64,000 nucleotides of DNA, from the IMG/VR virus record IMGVR_UViG_3300031656_000001. The stretch is one strand, 5' to 3'. Shown here piece after piece: positions 1 through 9,930 of this stretch. The notes under the pieces were generated by a model. That model saw only the letters and a program-made list of their open reading frames with translations. It was not told the DNA's origin and ran no database searches. The position numbers were made by a program, and so were the translations under genes. This DNA is from a virus. Positions within the stretch are counted from its first letter, which is position 1, and the number at the start of each line of letters is the position of its first letter.

Positions 1-1098
1 TAATTTGTCTGAGAAGTATTTAAGTGCTTCTGTATCTGAAAGATCTGGTCCTTCACTGTTTAATGTTTCAATTTCTGGTGATTCACCATCTTTAGAAGGC
101 AGCCAATACTCTTTACTAAATTGTAACATTGGTTTACCATCTGTTGCTAGTGTTCCTGATTCCCAATCAAAATCAACTGATTCTTTATAAGAGTTCATTA
201 ACTGAGAAAGCGATTGCTTTGCTCTAGTCTTAGATTTACCACCGACAGGTATAACAAACTTCATTCTAAATGAAGCGTTAGTTACTGCCCATATAACTCT
301 TGTGTGTTCCATTATTCTTAACAAGTTGAATGATCTTGTTAATCTCTCAATATATGAAACTCTTGATGTTGTTGTTATTGAAGAATATGAAATATAGATT
401 ATTTGAGAATCATATAACTTTCTTTCTTTAACTGGATCATCTTTATATTGTACCCAAACTTTCTTACCATCTTCGTGGTTATATCCAGGAATAAGTGTAA
501 TTGGATCTATTTCTTTAAATCCTATAATCTCTTGTTGATCTGGTGAATAAATAATCTCAAATGCTAAATATCCATCAATTAAGAATTTTCTAAAGAAGTA
601 CCATGCTGATTGATCTGAGTTAAACCCAAAATAGTGATACAGTTGTCTAAAATATTTATTAAGATCTTTATCAACGTCGTCTGAAACATCCAATCCTAAT
701 ATTTCTGGGTAACAGAAAAAGTTTTTATTATCGTATACTATTGATTCATCACAAAGAATATCTAAGATATCTTCAACCTCATCATTAAGTGAGAATTTTC
801 TAAGTTCATCTCTTTTACCTTCATATGCTGTATCAAAGAACGGTATATTAGATCTAAGATTAGTATCTGTCATTGACATTGCTGCGAATGCACCATAGAT
901 GTCATCGTTGTCAACGCCAAATGGATTCATTTGACCATAGCCAATTTCTGCTTCCATTGGGCCGATTGCTTGTGACTGTCTTAATACTAAGTCGTCATAT
1001 CGCATACCGAATGAGGATAAAGACTTCAAAGCATTTGAAATGCTAAAGGGTTTTGATCCGTTACTTAGTGGTCCGTTTCTATCGTTAAATCCTGCCAT
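1..1098 (-). CDS. Portal protein, T4 gp20-like (3' end runs off the window; absent from ORF track)
   Basis: Manual translation from ATG at 1098: MAGFNDRNGPL...FFRKFLIDGYLAFEII...SYIERLTRSFNLLRIMEHTRVIWAVTNA...EYWLPSKDGESPEIETL. These blocks match T4-like portal motifs (F..F.IDG, N.LR..E, EY(W)LP...EI.TL). Confidence 0.9.
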   Translation of the reverse strand, partial: MAGFNDRNGPLSNGSKPFSISNALKSLSSFGMRYDDLVLRQSQAIGPMEAEIGYGQMNPFGVDNDDIYGAFAAMSMTDTNLRSNIPFFDTAYEGKRDELRKFSLNDEVEDILDILCDESIVYDNKNFFCYPEILGLDVSDDVDKDLNKYFRQLYHYFGFNSDQSAWYFFRKFLIDGYLAFEIIYSPDQQEIIGFKEIDPITLIPGYNHEDGKKVWVQYKDDPVKERKLYDSQIIYISYSSITTTSRVSYIERLTRSFNLLRIMEHTRVIWAVTNASFRMKFVIPVGGKSKTRAKQSLSQLMNSYKESVDFDWESGTLATDGKPMLQFSKEYWLPSKDGESPEIETLNSEGPDLSDTEALKYFSDKL

Positions 1099-1124
1099 AC
1101 TATTATATTATTATGTTCTTGTTA

Positions 1125-1751
1125 TTATATATCTTTTCTTTTTGAGCGCGTTTTTAGGTGCTCTCTGAATGCTTTCTTGACCTCGTTGATTCCAATACCA
1201 TATAGATCTTGGAAATCACACAATGCGATCTTTGCCCAACTTTCATATGAAACTACTTTCTGGTTCTTTTTCAACTCTGGTATATATTGTCTAATAGCAA
1301 AATCAAATCCAAAATGTACTAAGAATTTTACAATATCTTTGTATATTAGTTTTATTTCACTTTGTGTTTTTGCGTTGTTTTCTTTAGATCTACCAGTGCT
1401 TGATTTTATTTGACCAGACATACGATCATATACCATATCTAATAAATCCTCTTTAAATTGAACTGGTAATAAATTTAGATTAATACCAACATCTGTTCCG
1501 CTCGAATGTGGTTCTAATGCAAGTACTACTGGATTCATATCCCACCATGGTAATGTTTTCATGTGTTTGGGTTTTTCATATCTAAATACATGAATCATAC
1601 CTGTTTTAAATGGTTTACCATGTTTTGATACAGTATGATCCTTAACGGACTTGACAGCCTTAGCAAACCATTTCTCAGCGCTTTTACGTGCTTTGACTTT
1701 TCCGCCAGCTTCTTTGCTTAAATCCTTAATATCTTTCTTTATCTTACCCAT
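1125..1751 (-). CDS. DNA end protector protein, T4 gp2-like
   Basis: F.Y.PK...LPWWD..P.V and GINL.LLP motifs; adjacent to gp4-like gene as in T4-like phages. Confidence 0.75.
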   Translation of the reverse strand: MGKIKKDIKDLSKEAGGKVKARKSAEKWFAKAVKSVKDHTVSKHGKPFKTGMIHVFRYEKPKHMKTLPWWDMNPVVLALEPHSSGTDVGINLNLLPVQFKEDLLDMVYDRMSGQIKSSTGRSKENNAKTQSEIKLIYKDIVKFLVHFGFDFAIRQYIPELKKNQKVVSYESWAKIALCDFQDLYGIGINEVKKAFREHLKTRSKRKDI

Positions 1752-2224
1752 TATTTAAGAGACTTTTCTGTTAAGACTATAAACCTCCAACCTCTGTTGT
1801 CAGCATACGCCTTCGCATATTTATATTTATCTCTATTTTTTACATACTGCTCTGCCAAAAACTTATATGATTTCAGTGCCTTTTGACTGTTCTTAGTCGG
1901 TGGCTTTGGGATAGTGATTTGTGCTTCTGGTTTAATTTCAACCAAGAATTCTGTATCTCCATCAAGTCCGCTAGTTTTCATATAGAAATCTGGGTAGTAT
2001 TTGTGTTCTCTTTTATCAAATGACCATATGTACCGTATTTCTACAGGTTCACTTGACCATTTAATTACGTCTTCTCTATTATCACATATAATCATAAACT
2101 TCCTTTCCCATGATGATCTATAGATTATCGGGAGTGGTCCTATATACTTGTCAGGATTCTTTGGTGTAAAGTATCCTTGTATAAAACCTGAATTATTAGA
2201 TGGTTTAAGATTTTTTATTGACAT
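1751..2224 (-). CDS. Head completion nuclease, T4 gp4-like (TnsA-N fold)
   Basis: G.F.PKNP.KY.G, YRSSWERKF, WSSE, YYPDF, EIKP, F.VLTE motifs. Confidence 0.9.
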   Translation of the reverse strand: MSIKNLKPSNNSGFIQGYFTPKNPDKYIGPLPIIYRSSWERKFMIICDNREDVIKWSSEPVEIRYIWSFDKREHKYYPDFYMKTSGLDGDTEFLVEIKPEAQITIPKPPTKNSQKALKSYKFLAEQYVKNRDKYKYAKAYADNRGWRFIVLTEKSLK

Positions 2225-2608
2225 TTAGATGTTGAACATTCCACCACCATCATCGCTTCCACCACCTGTTGTGATACGATCTATTGATAATGTGCCTTTG
2301 TATTTTTGTGGGTGAATTTTATTCCATCCTTTAGCATATCCTCTCTTTGCAATCTCTGTAAAGTATGCAAATGCATTTGGATATTTAGGGTTGAAATTTC
2401 TCCAGTATTTCAAAAGATCTAATATTGCAAACTGTAGACAATCATCCCGATCATCACTGTTAACATAGTTTAATTTGTTAATAGTTCTTTCGGCTAACAA
2501 CACTAACATCTTCTCTGCAGTCGGTGTGAGTTTGTCGGCATCTTTTGAAAGGACCATTTGATTATATAAATCTTTATTATTTAGGTAATTTTTGCTTTTT
2601 TTAGCCAT
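2225..2608 (-). CDS. Late-transcription sigma factor, T4 gp55-like
   Basis: NYLNNKDL, Y..NF.P...NAFAYFT.I motifs typical of gp55 family. Confidence 0.8.
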   Translation of the reverse strand: MAKKSKNYLNNKDLYNQMVLSKDADKLTPTAEKMLVLLAERTINKLNYVNSDDRDDCLQFAILDLLKYWRNFNPKYPNAFAYFTEIAKRGYAKGWNKIHPQKYKGTLSIDRITTGGGSDDGGGMFNI

Positions 2609-2638
2609 AGTGTAATGTATGTTTAATATTATACTAAA

Positions 2639-2667
2639 AAAAGCCCAATTGTTTCCAAATGGGCTTA
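2639..2667 (-). terminator. Intrinsic terminator overlapping a middle-type promoter
   Basis: Inverted repeat aagccca/tgggctt with adjacent A-run (U-tail on minus strand), just after stop of 2690..3874. Confidence 0.55.
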
Positions 2668-2689
2668 TTTAAATAGTTATATGGTTAGA

Positions 2690-3874
2690 TTAAATAGAAT
2701 CTTCAACAGAAATTTGAAGTTTGTTTTTCTCTATTCTCTGTGGTTCGTCGTTTACGAATACTGTTAATATGTCTGATTTACCCTTTCCGGTAAATTCAAG
2801 AGCATCAACTTTAACTTTAGATCCTTTAGGTAAATCTTCAGATTCTACTGTAGTTTCTGCAGTAACATATCCATCATCTCTAGTTAAGAAATCTTCGTTT
2901 TGTAAATCGTTTAATTCTTCTGTAATTCTTTCGATTTCAGAATTTAATAAATGATCTGCTGCTTTAATATCTGGTAAGTTTCTGTTAGCTTCAGATAATC
3001 TGCCTTTCTGATCTTTCAAAAATGCAATCATTTCATACATCAATTGAGTTTTCTGAGTTTTAAGAGCTCTGCGTTCTTTGTAAGATTCTAAGATGTCTTC
3101 AACCATTGGTGTAATATCTGCTCCAGTGTTTTCAGCAACATATTCAACTGCAGCATCTGCTAGTAATTTAGTAAATTTCTCAATCTTAGTAGACTCGTTG
3201 AATCTATAAACAAACATGTTGTCTTCTGTTCTCATTGCTAAAACCCTAACGTCTCCGTCAGTTGATTCATTAATGAAATCTAATACACTGTAGTTATTAA
3301 AGTTTTTACAAGCGAATTCAAATAAATTAATTGTTTCTTTATCTTCGTACTTAATGTAAGCTGACGCTAATAAAGATTCTGATAAAATCATAGAATCAGT
3401 ATGTACTAACTCAATATTACCTGCATAGAATTTCTTTTCAGTAACATTATATGAGAAATTAACGATAATTGAATTTTTAAGTAAATCAGTTCTTGTTGAT
3501 TCTAAAAGTTCTAATTCTTTTTTAACTTCAGTAACTGCTACTTTTTTACCAGATTTCTTATATGATTTAATGTTTTCATTTAAGAAATCAATTTTTTCAT
3601 TTAAGCCAACTAATGTATCGAAATTAGTTAATGCTGATTCGTCAATATTGGAAATAGTTTTCTTGTTATTATAATCGTAGTAGAATGAAATACCCTCGTT
3701 AGTTATACTAAACGTATTGTTTGCTTTAACTAATGATTTGAAATCTTCAGAAACGTTTGCAACTTTTTCTATATGACTTCCTGTCATTTTGAAATTTTGT
3801 CCGCCCGCGTGAAATACAAAACCTTGTTTTGACTCTATGACTGGTGAAATAATTCCTTTGTTTAATTTTGCCAT
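2690..3874 (-). CDS. Hypothetical late protein, possibly prohead core/scaffold-type
   Basis: 394-aa ORF with coiled-coil stretches, late promoter at 3892-3902, many hydrophobic-x-E-S sites. Confidence 0.35.
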   Translation of the reverse strand: MAKLNKGIISPVIESKQGFVFHAGGQNFKMTGSHIEKVANVSEDFKSLVKANNTFSITNEGISFYYDYNNKKTISNIDESALTNFDTLVGLNEKIDFLNENIKSYKKSGKKVAVTEVKKELELLESTRTDLLKNSIIVNFSYNVTEKKFYAGNIELVHTDSMILSESLLASAYIKYEDKETINLFEFACKNFNNYSVLDFINESTDGDVRVLAMRTEDNMFVYRFNESTKIEKFTKLLADAAVEYVAENTGADITPMVEDILESYKERRALKTQKTQLMYEMIAFLKDQKGRLSEANRNLPDIKAADHLLNSEIERITEELNDLQNEDFLTRDDGYVTAETTVESEDLPKGSKVKVDALEFTGKGKSDILTVFVNDEPQRIEKNKLQISVEDSI

Positions 3875-3908
3875 TTGTGTTGTTTAATTTTTTATATATA
3901 TCTTTTGT

Positions 3909-5000
3909 TTATTCGTTGAATGGTAGATCAGTAGATGAAACGTCTAATGGATCACCAAATGAAGGTTTCAACCTATCTGGCGTTCCTTCTGCAATATCAG
4001 ATGTATTACCGAACTTAAATATTCTATTTGAATTCTTTCTTCTGCTTGAAGTTCTCAATAATTGAGAATTTGTAGTTAATTCTGTACCAAGTAATGATGT
4101 GTCGATTGTGCACTCAGTAATTGGAGCAGTTTGTGTTAAAATCCATGAAGTAGAATCTGCGTCCCATGTATATATTGCACAAGTAGAATCAGTGTATGTT
4201 AATGGATTTGGTAATTCACCTTCATATATTGAAGATGGATCTAAAGCTACTTTGTTAGGATCTCCATAATTTCCAGTAACACCACCAGTATATACAGTTC
4301 TTGTAAATTTAGTATAAATGTCGTCTTCAAAATCAAATGAAGGTATAAATGTACTGATCTCTAAACTAAATGTTATTTTGTGGTTTTCTTTATCATCAAA
4401 TCCATATTCGATTGGCTTGTCCTGTGTGTAATCGTCTGGCATCATGTATTCCGATGAAATTCTATACATACCATCATCTATGTGACCTGCGTCTATGTGA
4501 TAGAAATTAGCCTTGTACATATTTTTGATGATTGATTCAGTAACCTTAAACATATCTAATTGACTAGATAATAATATTTCAATATCTACACCAATTACAC
4601 ATGGAATCATTTCGAATTCTGCAACATACCCTTCCATTAAACCTTGATTATTCATCATAGTATAATTACCGAGATTTCTTTTATTGACTAGTTTTCCAGG
4701 ATCTACTGAAAATGAAGTTAAGTTAACAATACCTCTTGGTACTTTATCATAATTCCCATCTGCAAATGTTCCATCAGGATCACAGCTTTCTCCATTCATA
4801 TTGGAAAACAAAAAGTTATCTTTTATAAAATTCTCATCTCCAGCAACGGCATAGAAAAATGGTACATCTATAATAGCCCTTTCGTCATTAGAGACTTGTC
4901 TCCAAAAACTAAGCTTACTATTTAGATCAGCTAAAAGACCTACAATAACGTGTCTAATAACACTGTCGTCTTTGTTGTATTTTAAATTATATGTTGCCAT
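3909..5000 (-). CDS. Tail terminator / sheath stabiliser, T4 gp15-like
   Basis: N-terminal S.IR..I...L....R....I.VP..Y pattern and later PR motif resemble gp15; late promoter-like site upstream. Confidence 0.55.
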   Translation of the reverse strand: MATYNLKYNKDDSVIRHVIVGLLADLNSKLSFWRQVSNDERAIIDVPFFYAVAGDENFIKDNFLFSNMNGESCDPDGTFADGNYDKVPRGIVNLTSFSVDPGKLVNKRNLGNYTMMNNQGLMEGYVAEFEMIPCVIGVDIEILLSSQLDMFKVTESIIKNMYKANFYHIDAGHIDDGMYRISSEYMMPDDYTQDKPIEYGFDDKENHKITFSLEISTFIPSFDFEDDIYTKFTRTVYTGGVTGNYGDPNKVALDPSSIYEGELPNPLTYTDSTCAIYTWDADSTSWILTQTAPITECTIDTSLLGTELTTNSQLLRTSSRRKNSNRIFKFGNTSDIAEGTPDRLKPSFGDPLDVSSTDLPFNE

Positions 5001-5018
5001 TAACTATATATTCTATTT

Positions 5019-6689
5019 TTATTCAATTGTTTCTATAGTAAACTTAGAGAACCCGTTTTCACGATAAATCTCAATTTTCTTATCAAATATCTCATGTGGT
5101 AAAACTGAGTGGTTTATCACAAAGGTATTTATCTTATTTTCTTTTATGACTTGATTAAGAATTTTCAATATGTTATATACTCCATCATTGTCTACAGAAC
5201 TTAATAATTCATCTAAGAACAATAAGTTTAATTGAGGGAATCTTAATTTAAGTATCTTGATGATTGCAATGATAATAATAAAATCTGCTTTCTTTCTCTC
5301 ACCAGTAGAAAGTGTCATTGGATTAATATCTTCACCTAAGTGATTAATAATACAATTGAATTTCTCATCAAATCTAATATGGAACGGTAAGTGCATTGTC
5401 TGACTCATCGCTGCAATATTTGAATTTAATCCTGGTAAAATAGTTTTGACTGCAAGATTTTTAACACCATCTTCACCTAAAACCCTTTCAACAATTTCCA
5501 TAAATGCATATTCTGCATTCAATGTATCTTTATTACCAGATTTAGTAGATTCTTTTTGTTCAAAGTCTGTAATCAAAGTCTTAAGGTGTTCAAACTGAGA
5601 ATCATCTGGTGTATCTTTTATTTTAAGCAATTCAGATTTAAAAGATTTCATATTGTATCTAATATCTGATGCTCTTTGTTCTAATACATTTTTATTGATT
5701 CTTAATTGATCAATATTTGATTTGACACTTGTTAATGATTCTTTAAGTTCTTTGATACGATTGGTATCAGTTTCAATTTTAGTACAAAAATGTTCCTTTT
5801 GATCCATGTGCCATTGACTATCTAATTCAGTTTCACATGTAGGGCATTTTCCACTCTCATATAAATCTAACTTTTTCTTAAGATATTCAATTTCATGTTT
5901 TAATGTAGATGCATCAGATCTTACCGTTTCATAAACAGTTGTATCATATTTGATCTCTTTGTCAATTCCAGTCTTTTCTAGATCTAATGCCTTAACGCTT
6001 TCATTAAGTTGAATTAAATTTGTTTTTAATTCATCTATTTTAGAATTGTTCTTTTCTTGTGATTCTTCTAGTAATGTATTAAGTTTACCTTTTACAGATC
6101 CTATAGAATCTATAATTTGGTTTAACTCTGATTCGTATGAATCTATATCTGTTTTGATATTCTTTCTCTCCATTTTAATAGAGGTTTGCATATCATTAAG
6201 AATAGAGAAACCAAACATCTTATCAATAATTTGTTTTTTATCTTGATTAGACATTGTCAAAAATGACTTAAAATCATTAACTGATAAAATTATAATGTTT
6301 TTAAATACATGATATGGTATACCGTATATCTCGTCTTCTAAATAGTCCTGTACTGATTTCTTACCAGCCTTATCAAATTCTACACCATTTAATTTAACAC
6401 TAAATTTAGTAGGCATTAAACCTCTTTCTATTATAACATTTATAGAACCGCATTTTAATGCGATCTTAACGTGTAATTCTTTGTTAATCCTATTAGGAAG
6501 ATCTGCAAGTTTAACGCCTTCGACTCTTCCATATAACGCGTATATAATAGCATTAGCAATAGTAGTTTTACCATCGCCATTCTTTCCAAGTGTCAAAAAC
6601 AATTCAGAAGCATCTTCTTCAAACTCTATTCTTTGTAATTGATTACCGTAAGATGCAAAGTTTTTAAATTCTATAAAATCTATTCTCAT
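5019..6689 (-). CDS. Recombination ATPase, T4 gp46/SbcC-Rad50-like
   Basis: KNFASYGN, Walker A GKNGDGKTT, zinc hook CPTC, signature LSTGE, Walker B LFLDE. Confidence 0.95.
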   Translation of the reverse strand: MRIDFIEFKNFASYGNQLQRIEFEEDASELFLTLGKNGDGKTTIANAIIYALYGRVEGVKLADLPNRINKELHVKIALKCGSINVIIERGLMPTKFSVKLNGVEFDKAGKKSVQDYLEDEIYGIPYHVFKNIIILSVNDFKSFLTMSNQDKKQIIDKMFGFSILNDMQTSIKMERKNIKTDIDSYESELNQIIDSIGSVKGKLNTLLEESQEKNNSKIDELKTNLIQLNESVKALDLEKTGIDKEIKYDTTVYETVRSDASTLKHEIEYLKKKLDLYESGKCPTCETELDSQWHMDQKEHFCTKIETDTNRIKELKESLTSVKSNIDQLRINKNVLEQRASDIRYNMKSFKSELLKIKDTPDDSQFEHLKTLITDFEQKESTKSGNKDTLNAEYAFMEIVERVLGEDGVKNLAVKTILPGLNSNIAAMSQTMHLPFHIRFDEKFNCIINHLGEDINPMTLSTGERKKADFIIIIAIIKILKLRFPQLNLLFLDELLSSVDNDGVYNILKILNQVIKENKINTFVINHSVLPHEIFDKKIEIYRENGFSKFTIETIE

Positions 6690-7801
6690 ATTTCTATACC
6701 GTTATTATGAGCACATTGATTATATAGTGCCATTAGTTTTTCTTTTAGTCTGCTTTTAGTTTCTTCATCATCACCTAAACTTTCAACATATACATTACAT
6801 AAATTCATTATACTGTAATTCTTATACATTTCTTCTACATCATCCATATCATGAAAATCCTTATCGATATAATTATCTTCTTGATAAATATTCGGTTCAA
6901 GTTTTCTACTAATATTTTGTATCTTATTAATAAGTTGACTTAATGCATTTGTTGTTGCGATCTTTGATGGGACGAATAAATCTACAAAATTGTTTTTGAT
7001 CTGATGTTTAAACGTTCCAAGTGGCATATCATATAGCTGCATGATGTTATATTTCATGAACTTAGGTGATATATCATTTACATAAAATGTCTCTGACATG
7101 TCTTCTAAATCTACTAGGTCAAATCCTTTAGCATTATTTGCATCAGATCTTGTCAATTGATATGGAGTACCAACCATTAATAACTTACCTTTTTCTTGTC
7201 TAAAATGAATATGCCCAGAATAAACTCTTAAATATCTGTCATATATGTTTGAGTCTGTTCCGTGTTGATTTTTAACTTTAGCGTTTAAATAAATACCTTT
7301 AACTTCCGAATGACAAAATACTATTTCTGCTGTTGGGTATTCTACAAGTGTTTCTGTTTCGTGATCAGCATCTCTTCTCCATGGCATCATTAATACCTTC
7401 CTACCATGCCATTCCATCATTTTAGGTTCTTTATAGATCTGTACGTTTGGTATCCATTTAAGTGAATCTATTGAAGTTACTTCGTTTGAGTTCTTAGCCC
7501 AAATATCGTGATTACCACAAATGACATGAACTGGTAGAATTTTACCAAGTTCTTCAAATAAAGTTACCGCGTAGTTTAATACCCTTATATTAATAGATTG
7601 TCTATTATCAAAGGTATCACCGACTTGTACTAGTACATCGCCTGGTTTTACGTTAGCTCTAAGATTCGGTAGAAACACATCTTCAAAAAATTGCTTTTGA
7701 ATTTCTAGCCATTCCATAGAATTAGCTCTTACACCAAAATGCAAATCTCCGAGTATCCAAACTCTTCCTGCGCCTTTCTTTAAAACATGTGCTTCTATCA
7801 T
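6686..7801 (-). CDS. Recombination nuclease, T4 gp47/SbcD-Mre11-like
   Basis: GDLHFG, GDTFD, GNHD, SGHIH metallophosphoesterase motifs; overlaps gp46. Confidence 0.95.
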   Translation of the reverse strand: MIEAHVLKKGAGRVWILGDLHFGVRANSMEWLEIQKQFFEDVFLPNLRANVKPGDVLVQVGDTFDNRQSINIRVLNYAVTLFEELGKILPVHVICGNHDIWAKNSNEVTSIDSLKWIPNVQIYKEPKMMEWHGRKVLMMPWRRDADHETETLVEYPTAEIVFCHSEVKGIYLNAKVKNQHGTDSNIYDRYLRVYSGHIHFRQEKGKLLMVGTPYQLTRSDANNAKGFDLVDLEDMSETFYVNDISPKFMKYNIMQLYDMPLGTFKHQIKNNFVDLFVPSKIATTNALSQLINKIQNISRKLEPNIYQEDNYIDKDFHDMDDVEEMYKNYSIMNLCNVYVESLGDDEETKSRLKEKLMALYNQCAHNNGIEI

Positions 7802-7802
7802 T

Positions 7803-8237
7803 CTAAAAAAGTTTCATTATATTCTTTCTCTTTAATATACCTGTTTTCAAATCTAATTCTTGTATTAAATCTTCTTTATATACATTGGAGAGTGAACTGT
7901 AAAATTTAGTTGGATTAATATCGAAATAGACGCATAGCTCGCTGAATAAATCAATACGACTGTTTTTTATGGACATTTCATCGATAACATATCCATAAAT
8001 GTCGTTTATGTCTGCCTTCTTTAAAGAGGTACATTTACCTAATTCATCTACTTTGTTAAATACCTTAAATCTCGATGATTCAATTAATTCATGAATTCTT
8101 CTTGCGATTAAATCATAGTGAATTTTATCTTCTTCGTCCTTATTGTCTTTGACATTAGGATCTAGTTCGAATTTTATAGTTGTAAACTCTGTGTCTGGTG
8201 ATTCGAAATTGTTGTTAAATATTTTATCGTGTGCCAT
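7803..8237 (-). CDS. Hypothetical protein, possibly gp33-like late co-activator (start revised to ATG 8237)
   Basis: C-terminus D....C....I.P......LS..YKE.L..E....IL.....KL recalls gp33; the longer ORF-track start overlaps gp41. Confidence 0.35.
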   Translation of the reverse strand: MAHDKIFNNNFESPDTEFTTIKFELDPNVKDNKDEEDKIHYDLIARRIHELIESSRFKVFNKVDELGKCTSLKKADINDIYGYVIDEMSIKNSRIDLFSELCVYFDINPTKFYSSLSNVYKEDLIQELDLKTGILKRKNIMKLF

Positions 8238-8239
8238 AA

Positions 8240-9556
8240 TTATATACTGTGTAAGTTTGAATTTGTAGTTTCCTCTGTCTCGATCAACCTCATGTAATTC
8301 CAATTAATATTTAATTTACACTTGGTTCCTTTTCCTTCTCCATCTCTAATTTTTAATACCTTTAACCAGTATTCTGAGTTAGCTCTCATCATATCATCTT
8401 GTATAATACCAAGCATAACATCGGCTGTATGTGAAAGACCCGCAGATTCTGCAATGTCTGTCATTCCAATATCACTTGAATTATAACCATTTCTAGTAAT
8501 CTGTGTTGCTGTAACTATTAACCAATTATTACGAATACCCATTGCTCTAAGATCTTCTGCAATTTGCTTGATCTTCATATAAGTATTCTCAGTATTTTGG
8601 TTTCTGTAGTTTGCAAGAATGTTGATGTAATCAATTACGACTGCACCTACTTTAATTTGTCTTTCTTCTTCTATTTGATTAACATATGCTTCAATATCTA
8701 ATACAGTTGCTTGTGATGTTGGAAACTGTTTTACAAATAAAGATCCAGGCGGTGTTAAACCATCGCCTACAGTTTCTAATCTTCTTTTAATATGATCTTT
8801 GTTTTTAGCCTTATCACCATATTCGTTAATCTCAATAGTTAAAAGATTAGCACCAATACGTTTTACGAATTTATGTGCTGCCATCTCTGCAGTAACTACT
8901 ACTGTATTTGTTCCCATCTTAACGAAGTTCGCTGCATCGTTTGCTAAGTATATTGACTTACCAATGTTTTGTTCACCTGCATACACAATTAAGTTACCAC
9001 CTTTGTCATAACCACCGCCTAACATTCTATCTAAGAAATTGTAACCAGTACTAACCTTTTCTGAATCCTTTTGATCATGTGAATCTACATCAAAGAAATC
9101 TAAACCTAAATCTGAATTAAATGATAAGTTATTTCTATCATTAATAAGACCCTTAACTTTAGTAACAATACTATCTACATTTTCAGGAGTTACCTGAGTT
9201 GTTTTAATGAATTCAATAGTATCGATTAATGAAGTATCAAATGTTCTCCATTTAATCCATGCTTCAGCTGTAGACGTTAACCATTCTTCGTCATATTGAT
9301 CTAAGTCAACTTCAAATATAAGATTTAATATCTCTTCTGATATTTTAGCTTTAGCCTTTTCATTTCTTTGAATAAGCAAAAGAAGTTGTTCTCTTTTTGG
9401 AGTTTCGTTAAACTTCTCAAAGAACTTATTAGACAATTGACTTAATATATCAATTTCCTGTGATGTGTAAAATCCGCTTTTAATACTCTTTAAGTACTTT
9501 GTCTTAATTAAAGAGAATCTAAAGAATATTTTTTCAAAGTCTTGTCCGAATTGCAT
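8240..9556 (-). CDS. Replicative DNA helicase, T4 gp41/DnaB-like
   Basis: STGY..LD..L.GG, Walker A GEQNIGKS, VIDYINI, TATQITR, DIAESAGL. Confidence 0.95.
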   Translation of the reverse strand: MQFGQDFEKIFFRFSLIKTKYLKSIKSGFYTSQEIDILSQLSNKFFEKFNETPKREQLLLLIQRNEKAKAKISEEILNLIFEVDLDQYDEEWLTSTAEAWIKWRTFDTSLIDTIEFIKTTQVTPENVDSIVTKVKGLINDRNNLSFNSDLGLDFFDVDSHDQKDSEKVSTGYNFLDRMLGGGYDKGGNLIVYAGEQNIGKSIYLANDAANFVKMGTNTVVVTAEMAAHKFVKRIGANLLTIEINEYGDKAKNKDHIKRRLETVGDGLTPPGSLFVKQFPTSQATVLDIEAYVNQIEEERQIKVGAVVIDYINILANYRNQNTENTYMKIKQIAEDLRAMGIRNNWLIVTATQITRNGYNSSDIGMTDIAESAGLSHTADVMLGIIQDDMMRANSEYWLKVLKIRDGEGKGTKCKLNINWNYMRLIETEETTNSNLHSI

Positions 9557-9630
9557 AGTTATTAAATGTTGAAGTTATTGTTTTTTATATGTGCGAAACA
9601 TATTTTGTTTTTATACCCTGTAGTTTTGAG

Positions 9631-9930
9631 TTATTCAAAAGGGTTTGTTTTTATTTTCCAAGATAACTTATCTTGCTCAGTGTTGAGTACATCTACTAAA
9701 TCTAATTTTACTAATTCTGTAATAGATTCTAATAAATGAGATTCCTCTGTTTCCGGAAATCTATATGTTTTCAGTGCATGTAATGTAAAGTTACCTTTAT
9801 GCCTGTCTGGCATCCTAACACATAGTTTTATTTCTGATAATAATAAATCGAAGGCAGTCGGGTAACCTGGTAAGTCACTCTCGATGCCTAAGACATATTT
9901 TATAGGTAACTTATCTTCATTAATCTTCAT
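9631..9930 (-). CDS. Hypothetical protein (possible winged helix)
   Basis: 99-aa ORF overlapping the uvsX stop; no recognised family. Confidence 0.5.
   Translation of the reverse strand: MKINEDKLPIKYVLGIESDLPGYPTAFDLLLSEIKLCVRMPDRHKGNFTLHALKTYRFPETEESHLLESITELVKLDLVDVLNTEQDKLSWKIKTNPFE

Noticed and set aside
1751-2224. TnsA transposase / Tn7 element
   Set aside because: Same fold but context (gp2, portal, gp55) identifies T4 gp4; no TnsB/C or transposon ends.
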